DNA of 64,000 nucleotides, taken from positions 130,375 through 194,374 of the forward strand of contig JBNKDE010000010.1 of NCBI GenBank assembly GCA_050288105.1. The letters are read 5' to 3'. A model generated the notes under the pieces. It saw only the letters and a program-made list of their open reading frames with translations. It searched no databases and was not told the origin of the DNA. Of the stretch, positions 1 through 12,476 are shown one piece after another (position 1 is the first letter of the stretch; every line of letters begins with the position of its first letter). The stretch comes from Gammaproteobacteria bacterium. Its GTDB lineage: Bacteria > Pseudomonadota > Gammaproteobacteria > GCA-001735895. The position numbers were made by a program, and so were the translations under genes.

Positions 1-636
1 CACCGGCAAAAGTTCAATCGAGGTAATACCCAATGACTTGATATAGGCAATCACCCTGTCATCGCTAAGTGCAGAGAAACAGCCGCGCTGCGATTCCACC
101 ACCTCAGGGTGCAGGCGGGTAAAGCCGCGTAGATGTGTTTCGTAAATCGTGGTCAGGTGCCAGGGAATATTAGGCTTGGCAATTGAAGAAGGGGCCAGCG
201 ACGCAGTCACTACACCCTTGACCATATAGTCTGCATTGTCTCGCGAATCAAAGCTCAGGTCTTCATCCGGCACGCCCCGATGATAGGCAAAATGACTTTC
301 ATCCCAGACGAATCGCCCCTGTAACTGACGTGCATAAGGATCCAGCAGCAGTTTATGATGATTGAATCGATGCCCGGAATGTGGATCAAACGGGCCATAG
401 ACGCGGTAACCATATACTGTACCGGTAGACACGCCCGGCAGATAGCCATGCCATACATCATGCGTCTTTTCCGGCAACACATGGCGTTCGATTTCCTTCA
501 TTCCATCGGCATCAAAAAGACACAGCTCGACCTTCTCTGCGTGCGCTGAAAACAGTGCGAAATTAACACCCTCACCATCCCAGCTTGCGCCAAGAGGGTA
601 GCTCTCACCAGCCAGCATGCGAGATGTTCTGTTCAT
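1..636 (-). CDS. glgX: Glycogen debranching enzyme GlgX, N-terminal portion (gene runs off the window start)
   Basis: Reverse translation from the ATG at 636 gives MNRTSRMLAGESYPLGASWDGEGVNFALFSAHAEKVELCLFD...WHGYLPG...GYRVYGPFDPHSGHRFNHHKLLLDPYA, matching the GlgX/isoamylase N-terminus. Its ATG overlaps the glgB stop (ATGA at 633-636). Confidence 0.85.
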   Translation of the reverse strand, partial: MNRTSRMLAGESYPLGASWDGEGVNFALFSAHAEKVELCLFDADGMKEIERHVLPEKTHDVWHGYLPGVSTGTVYGYRVYGPFDPHSGHRFNHHKLLLDPYARQLQGRFVWDESHFAYHRGVPDEDLSFDSRDNADYMVKGVVTASLAPSSIAKPNIPWHLTTIYETHLRGFTRLHPEVVESQRGCFSALSDDRVIAYIKSLGITSIELLPV

Positions 637-2834
637 GATTCTGCTTCAAGTACCAGCACTGCCAATGGAGGCAAAATTAAATTCAGGTGATAGGAGTGAT
701 TTCTCCATTCACCATGCACGGCCTGCACACCGCCGCCGTTACCCAGGTTGGAACCACCGTACTGTTCAGCATCGGTGTTCAGGCGTTCTCGATAATACCC
801 GCCCTGGGGTACACCAATCTGATAAGCATAATGCGGTGTCGGGGTAAAGTTAACCACCACCACAGCCGGCGGGGTACCCGCGGTACCGCGACGCAGGAAT
901 GCCAGTATTGAATGCTGGTGATTATCCACGTCCAGCCATTCAAAACCCTGTCCGTCGCAGTCCAGCTGATGCAAAGCTGGGACTTGCTGATAACAGCGAT
1001 TCATATCTCGCAACAATTTCTGCACGCCGCTGTGCAAAGGATACTGGAGCAGGTGCCAGTCCAGGCTGCTGTCATGGTTCCACTCGCTGCGCTGGGCGAA
1101 TTCACTGCCCATAAACAGTAACTTCTTACCCGGATGCGTCCACATATACGCCAGGAAAGTACGCAGATTAGCAAATTGCTGCCACTCATCGCCTGGCATT
1201 TTATTGATCAATGACCCCTTGCCGTGCACCACTTCATCGTGGCTGATAGGCAACATAAAGTTTTCACTGAAGGCATACATCAGACTGAAGGTCAGTTCGT
1301 TATGATGATAATTGCGATAAATCGGGTCGCGCGCAATATAGCGCAGGCTGTCATTCATCCACCCCATATTCCATTTAAAACCAAAGCCCAGCCCGCCCTC
1401 GGCTACCGGTCGCGAAACACCCGGCCAGGCGGTGGATTCCTCGGCGATCATCATCACCCCGGGGTAATTGAAATACACCCGGCTGTTGACCTGCCTGAGC
1501 AGATCGATGGCTTCCAGGTTTTCCCTTCCACCGTATTTATTGGGTAACCACTCGCCCTGCTTACGGCTGTAATCCAGATACAGCATAGAAGCCACAGCAT
1601 CCACGCGCAGTCCGTCAATATGAAACATGTCCAGCCAGTACATCGCATTGCTCAGCAGGTAACTGACTACTTCGCGTCGACCATAGTTATAGATCAGGGT
1701 ATTCCAGTCCGGGTGATAGCCCTGACGTTTATCCTCATGCTCATACAGTGCAGTACCATCGAATCGACCCAGACCGTGTTCATCGGTAGGGAAATGTCCC
1801 GGCACCCAGTCCAGTAGCACGCCTATACCCTGCTGATGACAGCAATCCACAAAATATTTGAAATCATCCGGCGTACCAAAACGACTACTGGGCGCAAACA
1901 GTCCGATGGGCTGGTAGCCCCAGGAGCCATCGAAAGGAAATTCGGACAACGGCATGAACTGGATATGAGTAAACCCCAGATCAACCACGTAGGGAATCAG
2001 TTCCTGTGCCAGTTCGCGGTAGCTCAGGTAACGATTACCCTGTTCCGGGTTACGTCGCCAGGAGCCTGCATGCACTTCATAGATAGACAGTGCACTATGG
2101 TAAGGGTCAGCACTGGCGCGTGCCGACATCCAGGCCGAGTCGTGCCACTCAAAGGGTTTATCGCTCAGCGTTCTGGATGCTGTTTCCTGCGCGTGTGCAG
2201 TGGCATAGGCGTAAGGATCTGCTTTTAACGGCAACAGCGTGCCATCTGCCGCACGAATCTCAAATTTGTACAATGCGCCTTCAGCAAGATTGGGCATAAA
2301 AATATCCCAGATACCCGATGCCGGATGCTTGCGCATCACATGGCGACGCCCATCCCAGTAGTTAAAATCGCCCACCAGGGAAACGCGCTGGGCAGACGGT
2401 GCCCACACAACAAACATCGTGCCACGCACACCATCGACGACGCGTTCATGTGCCCCCATCCAGCGATACAGACGTTCCTGGGTTCCTTCACCGAACAGGT
2501 ACAGATCATCATCATTCAATTGTGAGGGGAAGCGATAGGGGTCTTCCACATCCAGCGTAGCCTCCGGGTACTGTACCCGTAGACGATAATCAAAGCGCTG
2601 CTTACGCTGCCCCATACTGCCCGCAAACAACCCATCATCGTGCAGCTTATCCAGCATCGCAACCACTGCACCATCCTTGATATCAATCACCTCTACCGCC
2701 AGCGCTCCGGGTAAAAATACTCGCACCATCAGCTCTTTGGGTTTGCTGGTTTCATGCATACCCAGGATTGCGAAGATATCGACATAATCCCCGCTAATTA
2801 GCGCCTGTATTTCCTGTTGATTCATTTGTGCCAA
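633..2834 (-). CDS. glgB: 1,4-alpha-glucan branching enzyme
   Basis: 733-aa ORF with the GH13 branching-enzyme signature (e.g. GYHPDWNTLIYNYGRREV, HIDGLRVDAVASMLY). Confidence 0.95.
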   Translation of the reverse strand: MAQMNQQEIQALISGDYVDIFAILGMHETSKPKELMVRVFLPGALAVEVIDIKDGAVVAMLDKLHDDGLFAGSMGQRKQRFDYRLRVQYPEATLDVEDPYRFPSQLNDDDLYLFGEGTQERLYRWMGAHERVVDGVRGTMFVVWAPSAQRVSLVGDFNYWDGRRHVMRKHPASGIWDIFMPNLAEGALYKFEIRAADGTLLPLKADPYAYATAHAQETASRTLSDKPFEWHDSAWMSARASADPYHSALSIYEVHAGSWRRNPEQGNRYLSYRELAQELIPYVVDLGFTHIQFMPLSEFPFDGSWGYQPIGLFAPSSRFGTPDDFKYFVDCCHQQGIGVLLDWVPGHFPTDEHGLGRFDGTALYEHEDKRQGYHPDWNTLIYNYGRREVVSYLLSNAMYWLDMFHIDGLRVDAVASMLYLDYSRKQGEWLPNKYGGRENLEAIDLLRQVNSRVYFNYPGVMMIAEESTAWPGVSRPVAEGGLGFGFKWNMGWMNDSLRYIARDPIYRNYHHNELTFSLMYAFSENFMLPISHDEVVHGKGSLINKMPGDEWQQFANLRTFLAYMWTHPGKKLLFMGSEFAQRSEWNHDSSLDWHLLQYPLHSGVQKLLRDMNRCYQQVPALHQLDCDGQGFEWLDVDNHQHSILAFLRRGTAGTPPAVVVVNFTPTPHYAYQIGVPQGGYYRERLNTDAEQYGGSNLGNGGGVQAVHGEWRNHSYHLNLILPPLAVLVLEAES

Positions 2835-2836
2835 AA

Positions 2837-3457
2837 TTATTTTACCTGTGAAGCCTGTAAAGCCAGCTGTTGAATAGCTGACCAGTCACCTGAATTTACC
2901 TTATCTGAAGGCGTCACCCAGGTCCCACCTACACATAATACATTGCTTAAGGAAAGATATTCAGAAACATTCTGCGGGTTAACACCACCAGTGGGACAAA
3001 ATGCCACCTGCGGCAGTGGACCTGCGAATGATTTGAGCATTTTCACTCCCCCCGCCGCTTCGGCTGGAAAGAACTTCAGCGTATCGTATCCGTACTCCAT
3101 CAGGCGCATCACCTCACTCGCTGTGGCCGCGCCCGGTAATAACATAAACTGTTCATCTGCTGCTGCCTGCAGCAATACTTCAGTGGCTCCCGGTGCCACA
3201 GCAAATACTGCACCTGCCTGCTTTGCAGCGCGCAAATCTTCTGGCGTGAGAATAGTGCCTGCACCCACTAACGCGCCTTCCACCTGCGCCATCGCACTGA
3301 TGGCATCCAGCGCAACAGGCGTGCGCAAAGTCACTTCCAGCACGGGGAGACCACCACTGATCAAAGCCTGTGCCATCGGCTGTGCATGCTCAAGCTTTTC
3401 GATTACCAGTACCGGAATAACCGGCGCCGTGTTACAGATCTGTCTGATGCCAGTCAT
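2837..3457 (-). CDS. eda: 2-dehydro-3-deoxyphosphogluconate (KDPG) aldolase
   Basis: 206 aa with typical Eda motifs (VIPVLV..., LEVTLRTP, FCPTGGV). Sits next to edd. Confidence 0.9.
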   Translation of the reverse strand: MTGIRQICNTAPVIPVLVIEKLEHAQPMAQALISGGLPVLEVTLRTPVALDAISAMAQVEGALVGAGTILTPEDLRAAKQAGAVFAVAPGATEVLLQAAADEQFMLLPGAATASEVMRLMEYGYDTLKFFPAEAAGGVKMLKSFAGPLPQVAFCPTGGVNPQNVSEYLSLSNVLCVGGTWVTPSDKVNSGDWSAIQQLALQASQVK

Positions 3458-3460
3458 GCA

Positions 3461-5116
3461 CTACTCCTGCTTACGCAAAGCGTGAATATGCTTTAGCAGG
3501 CCCTGGGTAGACGAGTCGTAGCGGGCCTGATGCTTTTCTGATTGCACTGCGGGTGCTATTGAACTGGCTAATACCTTACCCAGTTCCACCCCCCATTGAT
3601 CAAAGGAGTTGATATCCCAGATCACACCCTGCACAAAAACCTTATGCTCGTACAGCGCGATCAAACGACCCAGGGTGTAAGGATCCAGGCTGCGATAGCT
3701 GATCATGGTAGAAGGTCGGTTACCGGCAAAGGTTTTATGCGCGGCCAGGCGTTCGATATCCTGCTGCGCCACCCCGGATTCGGACATTTCCTGGCGTGCT
3801 TCCTGTTCACTTCGACCAAAAGCCAGCGCACTGGCCTGTGCCAATGCATTCGCCAGCAACAGATCATGATGCTTATGCAGGCTATGTGCAGGATCATCAC
3901 AGTTGGCCGTTTGCGCTGCGATTAAAAACTCGACCGGAATAATATCGCTGCCCTGATGCAGCAACTGGAAAAATGAATGCTGTGCATTGGTACCGGCTTC
4001 ACCCCAGATCACAGCACCGGTGGCACGTTGCACTGGCTCACCGGAATGACGGGTCTGTTTACCATTCGACTCCATATCCAGCTGCTGAATAAAAGCGGCA
4101 AATCGCGCCAGCCTCTGGTCGTAGGGAATCAACGCAACCGAACTCATACCCAGCAGATTGCGACGCCAGATATTGATCAGCGCCAGTATGGTCGGCAGGT
4201 TCTGCTCCAGCGGGGTATCGCGAAAATGCCGGTCCATTGCTTCGCCGCCTGCGAGAAACTGACGAAACCCCGCTTCGCCGATCGCAATCGCTACCGGCAG
4301 GCCGATCGCCGACCATACCGAATAGCGTCCGCCTACCCAATCCCAGAAGCCAAATACGCGCGAATCTTCTATGCCGAAGGCCTGGGTCGCCTCCAGGTTG
4401 GTTGAAACCGCCGCCATATGTGTACCTGCCTGCTGCTCACCAATGCTTGCAGCCAGCCAGTCGCGCGCGCTCTGAGCATTGGTCATGGTTTCCAGCGTGG
4501 TAAAGGTCTTGGAGGCAACAATCAACAGCGTGCGCTTCGCGTCCAGTCCTTTCAGGGTATCGTACAGATGTGCGCCATCCACGTTGGAAACAAAATGTAC
4601 ACGCGGCCCATCATGCCAGGGCGAAAGAGCAGCCGTCACCATTGCAGGACCCAAATCTGAACCACCGATACCAATACTGACTACGTCGCTAAAAGCTTCC
4701 CCATTCACCGTGCAATACTCGCCACTGCGCACAGCTTCTGCAAACGCCAGAAAGCGATCCAGTACCGAACGCACCTCGGGTAACAGATTTACCCCATCCA
4801 GCAGCAGTTCGTTACTTTTACTGTCGCGCAATGCCGTATGTAATACCGCCCTGTTTTCAGTATCGTTAATTTTAACCCCGCCAAACAGCCACTCGCGACA
4901 GGATTCCACACCGGCGCTACGTGCCAGTGCGAGCAGGCTATCTAATGCCTGCTGATCGATACGCTCCTTGGAGTAATCAATCAGCATATCGTCCAGCGAC
5001 ACCGAAAAGTTATCGAAGCGAGCATCATCCTCAGCGAAAAGCTGGCGTAGTGTTTTATCCTGCAGGCGCTGCGCCTGTAACTCCACTTGTTTCCAGATTG
5101 CATTCAGGTCAATCAT
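3461..5116 (-). CDS. pgi: Glucose-6-phosphate isomerase
   Basis: 551 aa with PGI signatures (GGRYSVWSAIGLP, IGIGGSDLGP). Confidence 0.95.
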   Translation of the reverse strand: MIDLNAIWKQVELQAQRLQDKTLRQLFAEDDARFDNFSVSLDDMLIDYSKERIDQQALDSLLALARSAGVESCREWLFGGVKINDTENRAVLHTALRDSKSNELLLDGVNLLPEVRSVLDRFLAFAEAVRSGEYCTVNGEAFSDVVSIGIGGSDLGPAMVTAALSPWHDGPRVHFVSNVDGAHLYDTLKGLDAKRTLLIVASKTFTTLETMTNAQSARDWLAASIGEQQAGTHMAAVSTNLEATQAFGIEDSRVFGFWDWVGGRYSVWSAIGLPVAIAIGEAGFRQFLAGGEAMDRHFRDTPLEQNLPTILALINIWRRNLLGMSSVALIPYDQRLARFAAFIQQLDMESNGKQTRHSGEPVQRATGAVIWGEAGTNAQHSFFQLLHQGSDIIPVEFLIAAQTANCDDPAHSLHKHHDLLLANALAQASALAFGRSEQEARQEMSESGVAQQDIERLAAHKTFAGNRPSTMISYRSLDPYTLGRLIALYEHKVFVQGVIWDINSFDQWGVELGKVLASSIAPAVQSEKHQARYDSSTQGLLKHIHALRKQE

Positions 5117-6942
5117 AATGTCGACTCCTGATTAAAAAACACGGTTGCACCCTGAGCTGCAACTCCAGCCGCGTTACGAAAATGCGCGAATAGTTCACGC
5201 CCCATCCCCGTCTGATTGGCGGATAAATCAATCATTTCTGGTTTCCTTTGATTAAAGTCTGGCTCCAGTACTTCTAGCGTATAAGTATCTGCATCAAGCC
5301 GGATCCTGTCGCCATCCCTGATGCAGGCCACCGGTCCACCATCGCAGGCCTCGGGTGAGACATGGATAGCCGCCGGCACCTTACCACTTGCACCAGACAT
5401 GCGGCCATCCGTAACCAATGCGACCGAATAGCCCCTGTCCTGTAGCAGGCCCAGCACGGGAGTGAGCGCATGCAGCTCAGGCATACCGTTTGATTTAGGC
5501 CCCTGGAATGTGACCACGCAGATAAAGTCATGTTCCAGCTCGCCCGCTTCAAACGCATCCTTCACGGCTTGCTGTGAGTGAAATACACGAGCAGGTGCCT
5601 CTATGACATGCCGATTTTCCGGCATTGCCGAGACCTTGATAATTGCCTGCCCCAGATTTCCAGTGAGTAGTTTTAATCCACCCGTGGGTTGAAAAGCCTC
5701 CTTGAATGGACGCAACACCGTCAGATCCTGACTCTGCCCCGATTTTTCCTGCCAGCTCAGGCGGCCGCGCTCGTCCAGCTCAGGGTGACAAGTATAAGCC
5801 TGCAGGCTGTTACCGGCAACGGTATGAACCTTTTCATGCAACATGCCCGCCTCTAATAACTCTGCAATCAGGTAGCGCATACCCCCGGCATGCTGAAACG
5901 CATTGACATCTTCCATGCCATTAGGATACACCCGAGCCAGCAAAGGAGTCGCCGCAGAAAGATCAGAAAAATCCTGCCAGCTTAGAATAATGCCTGCGGC
6001 GCGAGCCATCACCATCAGGTGTAGCGCCAGATTGGTAGACCCACCAGTTGCATGCAGGCCCACGATGCCATTCACAAAGTTAGGGATATCCAGCACCCTG
6101 GCGGCCGGGGTAAATTCAGACTTTTTGCTGCCAATTTCAAACAACCTTTTGACTCCGGCACGATTAAAGGCTTCACGCAATTCAGTCCCAGGGTTGATGA
6201 AACTTGACCCAGGCAGCTGCAGACCCATAATTTCCATCAGCATCTGGTTACTGTTCGCCGTACCGTAAAAGGTACAGGTGCCAGGAGCGTGGTAAGATTG
6301 CATCTCGGATTTTAACAATTCATCACGTCCCAGCGCACCCGCAGCAAATTGCTGACGCACTCTGGCTTTCTGTTTGTTAGGAATACCCGAGGGCATAGGC
6401 CCCGCTGGCATAAACAGACAGGGCAGATGACCAAAACTTGCGGCCGCGATTACAAGACCCGGCACAATTTTGTCACAGATACCAAGGAAGACTGCCCCAT
6501 CATACACATTGTGCGACAACGCAATAGCTGCACTCAAAGCGATCACATCACGAGAGAACAGTGACATTTCCATACCCGGCTGCCCCTGAGTCACGCCATC
6601 GCACATGGCGGGTACAGCACCAGCTACCTGTGCAGTACCGCCCAGTTCGCGCGCGACATGCTTGATCATGTCTGGATAAGCCGCATAAGGCTGGTGTGCA
6701 GACAGCATATCGTTGTAGGCGGTCACTATTCCGATATTGCCTGCACTCTGCCCCGTTTGATGTTCCTTATCCCCGCAACTACTGGCAGCAAAGGCATGTG
6801 CCAGGTTGCCACAGGCCAGTTTGCCCTGCCAGTTTCCGTCATCAATTGCGCGCTGAATACCCTGCATATAAATGGCACGGGTTTTTTCGCTACGCCTGCT
6901 TATTCGCTCTGTAACCTCTGCCACTACCGGGTTTAAACTCAT
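5113..6942 (-). CDS. edd: Phosphogluconate dehydratase (Entner-Doudoroff)
   Basis: 609 aa of the IlvD/Edd family ([20 protein letters not shown]). Overlaps the pgi start. Co-located with eda, zwf and pgl. Confidence 0.9.
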   Translation of the reverse strand: MSLNPVVAEVTERISRRSEKTRAIYMQGIQRAIDDGNWQGKLACGNLAHAFAASSCGDKEHQTGQSAGNIGIVTAYNDMLSAHQPYAAYPDMIKHVARELGGTAQVAGAVPAMCDGVTQGQPGMEMSLFSRDVIALSAAIALSHNVYDGAVFLGICDKIVPGLVIAAASFGHLPCLFMPAGPMPSGIPNKQKARVRQQFAAGALGRDELLKSEMQSYHAPGTCTFYGTANSNQMLMEIMGLQLPGSSFINPGTELREAFNRAGVKRLFEIGSKKSEFTPAARVLDIPNFVNGIVGLHATGGSTNLALHLMVMARAAGIILSWQDFSDLSAATPLLARVYPNGMEDVNAFQHAGGMRYLIAELLEAGMLHEKVHTVAGNSLQAYTCHPELDERGRLSWQEKSGQSQDLTVLRPFKEAFQPTGGLKLLTGNLGQAIIKVSAMPENRHVIEAPARVFHSQQAVKDAFEAGELEHDFICVVTFQGPKSNGMPELHALTPVLGLLQDRGYSVALVTDGRMSGASGKVPAAIHVSPEACDGGPVACIRDGDRIRLDADTYTLEVLEPDFNQRKPEMIDLSANQTGMGRELFAHFRNAAGVAAQGATVFFNQESTL

Positions 6943-6973
6943 TCTTTTTTCCTGTTATCTCGTGTTAGCAGCC

Positions 6974-7644
6974 TCAGTTGACTGCGTAGTGAACAACCGC
7001 TCGTGTATCTGCATGACGCCAGATACAGCGTACCGGCATCTGCACCACTTCCCCCGGTTTCAGGGTTAAATCCAGCACCTGTTTTTTACCTGCGCCATGG
7101 ATCAGGATATGAATATGCTTTGCCATCAGCAGCGCCCTTGCCGTAAGTGTAAAACGTGCTTCCAGATCTCCGGGCGGCTGAACCTCTTCAATGAGATGCT
7201 GTGCGTAGGGCGATATCAGGTCTGCATCAACACCGGGAAACAGTGACGCGGTATGGCCATCATCCCCCATACCTAGTACGCATACATCCAGCGGTACAAA
7301 ATAGTGCCGGAACTGCTGCCTCAGCTGGGCCAGCGAAAGCCCCTGATTAAGCGCAAAGAATGAATTACTAATCGCATCATTGATCAATAGATTCTGTTTA
7401 ATCAGGCGTGCATTGGAGCGCTCGTGATCCATCCCAACCTGTCGCTCATCGGTGGTGGTTATGTTGATTTTCCCCCAGTCCAGGGGTTTTTGCGCTAGCT
7501 GCTGCAGAAACGGGCCTGGGGTTGTTCCTCCGGGAACAGCCAGGCTGCTCATGCCGCGTTGCGCAATACAGGACTGCAACTGCTTGCTCACTATCTGGGA
7601 CAGCCCTTCGGCAGCGGCCTGCTGACTGGTATATTCGATCAACT

Positions 7645-7666
<22 letters not shown>
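6974..7666 (-). CDS. pgl: 6-phosphogluconolactonase
   Basis: 230 aa of the NagB/Pgl family, lying between zwf and edd. The real start may be the second Met (MKLIEY), 18 nt downstream. Confidence 0.85.
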
Positions 7667-9141
<1,475 letters not shown>

Positions 9142-9411
9142 ATTGAATACGATCTACAAAACCCATGCCATTGGCAGGCCATCGATCACTCAGGCAAAAC
9201 CTGCATCCAGAACCGCCAGCAGTCAATTTAGGAAGCCTCTGGTTAATTCAGAGATCCCTTAGATTATCAGGCTGATCGCGCATAAGTATTAAATTCGCCA
9301 GAAAAACGCCTGATGCACCGGTAAGGAGCATAGCAGTGACCATCTTAATGCTGCGTCGCACTATAATCACTCAAAATACGGGCCAGTGTAAAAGCAGTGC
9401 CCAGCACTTTT

Positions 9412-10332
9412 TTATAACTCGTTTCTGTGTGGCAAATCCGCGCCGCGCCGTGAACAGGTAATCGAAGCAGCCTTGACCGCAAATTCAGCCAGTGATCTCA
9501 ATGTTGCCGCGTCCAGCTCTGCAATCACCTGCCTGGGGTCACCCAGCTCGGATAGACGCGTCAGCAGCGCGGCCTGAAATGTGTCACCCGCACCTACTGT
9601 ATCCACGACGTTGTCCAGCACTGGGTTAACGCTGCAATGATGCCCGGTCGAGGTCCAGCAAAGTACTTCATGTGCGCCATCGGTAACGATCACCAGTTGA
9701 ACCCCGCCCTGTATCCACTCGTCTGCGATCTCGCGCGCGGATCTATCCGGATAGAGGTATTCAATATCCTCCGCACTGATTTTTATCAGGTTGGCATATT
9801 GCGCATACTGCGCAACGCGCTCCCGCCAGACCTGCATATCCGGCTCTATAGTGGGCCGAATATTGGGGTCCAGCGAGATAAAACGGTTCTGGTATTTATC
9901 CAGCATAGAAGCGAAGGCATCTGCAACAGGTTTGACCACCAGCGAATAGGAGCCAAAGTGTATGCCATGGACTTCCGCACCAATCTCAGGCAGCTCCGCT
10001 GCGGTCACATTACAATCAGCAGAGCCTTCACCATAGAAGCTGTACTGAGGTTGCCCATCGTCCTGCACGCTGATCAGGCTTAACGTGGTTCTTCTATCGG
10101 AACGCAGCAGGTAATCGGTAGACACCGATTCACTTTTCAGCATATTGCTTAGCTGGGTTCCCAGCACGTCGGTTGAAATCCCCGTTAATAAAGCTGACGG
10201 CTGTCCCATACGGGCCAGTCCTATCGCCACATTAAATGGCGAGCCGCCAACGCGCGCATTCATCTGAATCGAATCCAGTTGCCTGTTCTCCATAAACACA
10301 TCAAATAATGCTTCACCGCATACCAGGTACAT
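9412..10332 (-). CDS. PfkB-family carbohydrate kinase (fructokinase-like)
   Basis: 306 aa with the PfkB motifs GGSPFNVAIGLARMG and DTVGAGDTF. Adjacent to a fructose-type ABC transporter. Confidence 0.8.
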   Translation of the reverse strand: MYLVCGEALFDVFMENRQLDSIQMNARVGGSPFNVAIGLARMGQPSALLTGISTDVLGTQLSNMLKSESVSTDYLLRSDRRTTLSLISVQDDGQPQYSFYGEGSADCNVTAAELPEIGAEVHGIHFGSYSLVVKPVADAFASMLDKYQNRFISLDPNIRPTIEPDMQVWRERVAQYAQYANLIKISAEDIEYLYPDRSAREIADEWIQGGVQLVIVTDGAHEVLCWTSTGHHCSVNPVLDNVVDTVGAGDTFQAALLTRLSELGDPRQVIAELDAATLRSLAEFAVKAASITCSRRGADLPHRNEL

Positions 10333-10480
10333 TGCTTACCTCCTAACTGTCTGGACTTTCTAATTTTTTTGTTGGGTAGAAATCAGGAAACTCATCATGG
10401 CAGCCGGGCCGCTGGTATTCGCAACCCGGCTTGAATCGGTTTCGTATTTCTTTATTGAATTGACAGCATAACATTTGGGC

Positions 10481-11305
10481 TTAGTTAATGCCTTCACCCT
10501 CCGTTGATGCGGGGGGCTCCATCGCGCCCGTCATGATGGCGACGGCATCCGACATTGAATAGTCTTTAGGGTTAATCACGCAGCAGCGTCGTCCCAGTCG
10601 GTGAATATGTATACGATCTGCAATCTCGAATACATGCGGCATGTTATGCGAAATCAGTACGATTGGCAGGCCACGCGATTTCACATCCAGAATGAGATCC
10701 AGCACTCTGCGACTTTCCTTAACACCCAATGCTGCTGTCGGTTCGTCCATTATGACCACTTTGGAACCAAAAGCCGCAGCGCGTGCAACAGCAACACCCT
10801 GGCGTTGACCACCAGAGAGCGTTTCCACAGCCTGATTGATGTTCTGAATCGTCATCAACCCCAGCTCGCTAAGCTTCTGCCGAGCGACACGCTCCATTTC
10901 TGCATGATCCAGCATCCTGAACCATTTACCGAGCACTCCCGGCTTACGAATCTCGCGCCCCATAAACAGGTTATCGGTAATCGACAGCGCCGACGACAGT
11001 GCCAGTGTCTGGTACACGGTTTCAATGCCAGCTTCTCTGGCCTGCATGGGAGAGGTAAAATGTATCGGTTTGCCTTCCAGTCGAATTTCTCCTTCATCGA
11101 TCTGTACCGCACCCGACAATGCCTTGATAAGTGACGATTTACCACAGCCATTATCACCAATGACCGCGAGTACCTCACCGGGATACAGATCGAAATCGGT
11201 ACGATCCAGCGCGGTCACCCGTCCGTAACGCTTAACGACATTGCGCGCAGTTAAAATAGGTTCTACTGTTTGCTGCTGTGTCATGCTGATACCTTCCTGA
11301 TCCAC
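10481..11305 (-). CDS. Sugar ABC transporter ATP-binding protein (FrcA-like, single NBD)
   Basis: Walker A GDNGCGKSS and the LSGGQRQ signature. A possible alternative start at ATG 11284 overlaps the permease stop. Confidence 0.85.
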   Translation of the reverse strand: MDQEGISMTQQQTVEPILTARNVVKRYGRVTALDRTDFDLYPGEVLAVIGDNGCGKSSLIKALSGAVQIDEGEIRLEGKPIHFTSPMQAREAGIETVYQTLALSSALSITDNLFMGREIRKPGVLGKWFRMLDHAEMERVARQKLSELGLMTIQNINQAVETLSGGQRQGVAVARAAAFGSKVVIMDEPTAALGVKESRRVLDLILDVKSRGLPIVLISHNMPHVFEIADRIHIHRLGRRCCVINPKDYSMSDAVAIMTGAMEPPASTEGEGIN

Positions 11306-12363
11306 TGATCAATTGCTACTGCGATGATAATGAGCCAACCGATGGCAAATACCTGCCATAACACGTCAACTCCCGAAAGACGTAAGCCGGACTGAAATAC
11401 GCCCACGATTAACGCCCCTACCAGCGGCCCCATGATTGAGCCTCTACCACCAAACAGGGAAATACCCCCTATCACCACTGCGGTAATCGACTGTAGATTA
11501 CCCTCATAAAAACTCTGTGGAGATACCGATCCTACGCGTCCTATCGAAGCCCAGGCGCCCAGTGCACAGATAAACCCTGCCAGCATATAAACAGTGATCA
11601 CGGTACGATCGGTGCGGATACCGGAGAGCTCAGCCGACTCCTTATCATCGCCAATCGCGTATACATGACGACCCCATGCCGTACGCGTCAGCAAATACCA
11701 CAGCACGATAAAGATCAGCACCATCAAAAAGGAGCCATAGCTCAGTTGCGCTCCACCAATCCTGACTGACTCACCAAAAAACTTAAGTAGTGACGCCTTC
11801 TCGTCAATGTCCTGGCTACGGATAGACTGCGCCCCGGATAACCAGAGGTTGAGTGCAAAGAAGATATTCCAGGTTCCCAGGGTGACAATAAAAGGCGGCA
11901 GCTTAAATCGAGTGACCAGTAAGCCATTCATCAGTCCCGCAGCCGTACCTCCTGCAAATGCAACCAGCAACGCGAGCGATGCAGGCACACCCATATTCAC
12001 CGCCAGATTACCGGCAATTACCGACATCAGCACCATAATGGCGGCGACTGACAGATCAATTCCTGCGGTCAGCACGATCAGGCTTTGAGCAGCTGCCAGT
12101 ATGCCTATGATTGAAACCTGCTGGATAATCAGTGACATGTTAAATGCAGAAAAGAATCGATCTCCGGCCAGAACGCCGAACACCAGCAGACTAAGCAGCA
12201 GCACGATAACGGGCACCATGGTCGGATTACCATGCAGAAAGCGCTGCACCTTGTCCAACAGGCCACCCTCTAGCTGCTCAAAACTCGCTATCCGGGTATC
12301 GGCCTGGTCAATCACTTTTTCAAAATCCTGCTTCTGACCAGCCTGTGTTGTATCTGTACTCAT
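11281..12363 (-). CDS. Sugar ABC transporter permease (ribose/xylose/fructose family, FrcC-like)
   Basis: 360-aa polytopic membrane protein of the BPD-type monosaccharide permease family. Confidence 0.85.
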   Translation of the reverse strand: MSTDTTQAGQKQDFEKVIDQADTRIASFEQLEGGLLDKVQRFLHGNPTMVPVIVLLLSLLVFGVLAGDRFFSAFNMSLIIQQVSIIGILAAAQSLIVLTAGIDLSVAAIMVLMSVIAGNLAVNMGVPASLALLVAFAGGTAAGLMNGLLVTRFKLPPFIVTLGTWNIFFALNLWLSGAQSIRSQDIDEKASLLKFFGESVRIGGAQLSYGSFLMVLIFIVLWYLLTRTAWGRHVYAIGDDKESAELSGIRTDRTVITVYMLAGFICALGAWASIGRVGSVSPQSFYEGNLQSITAVVIGGISLFGGRGSIMGPLVGALIVGVFQSGLRLSGVDVLWQVFAIGWLIIIAVAIDQWIRKVSA

Positions 12364-12476
12364 CGTTTACTTCCTCCAATTCTGAAAAGAATAGTGAAAC
12401 TTCGGCTAGATCTGGTCGGCCCTGATCACACAGGGACTGACCGGAATCCATAGCACGTGGCGACGCAAAGGCTGGC

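Noticed and set aside
9142-9411. Hairpin agtgc-cca-gcact plus T6 at about 9395-9415 between frk and zwf
   Set aside because: Only a 5-bp stem. It is plausibly a weak bidirectional terminator, but too marginal to list as a feature.
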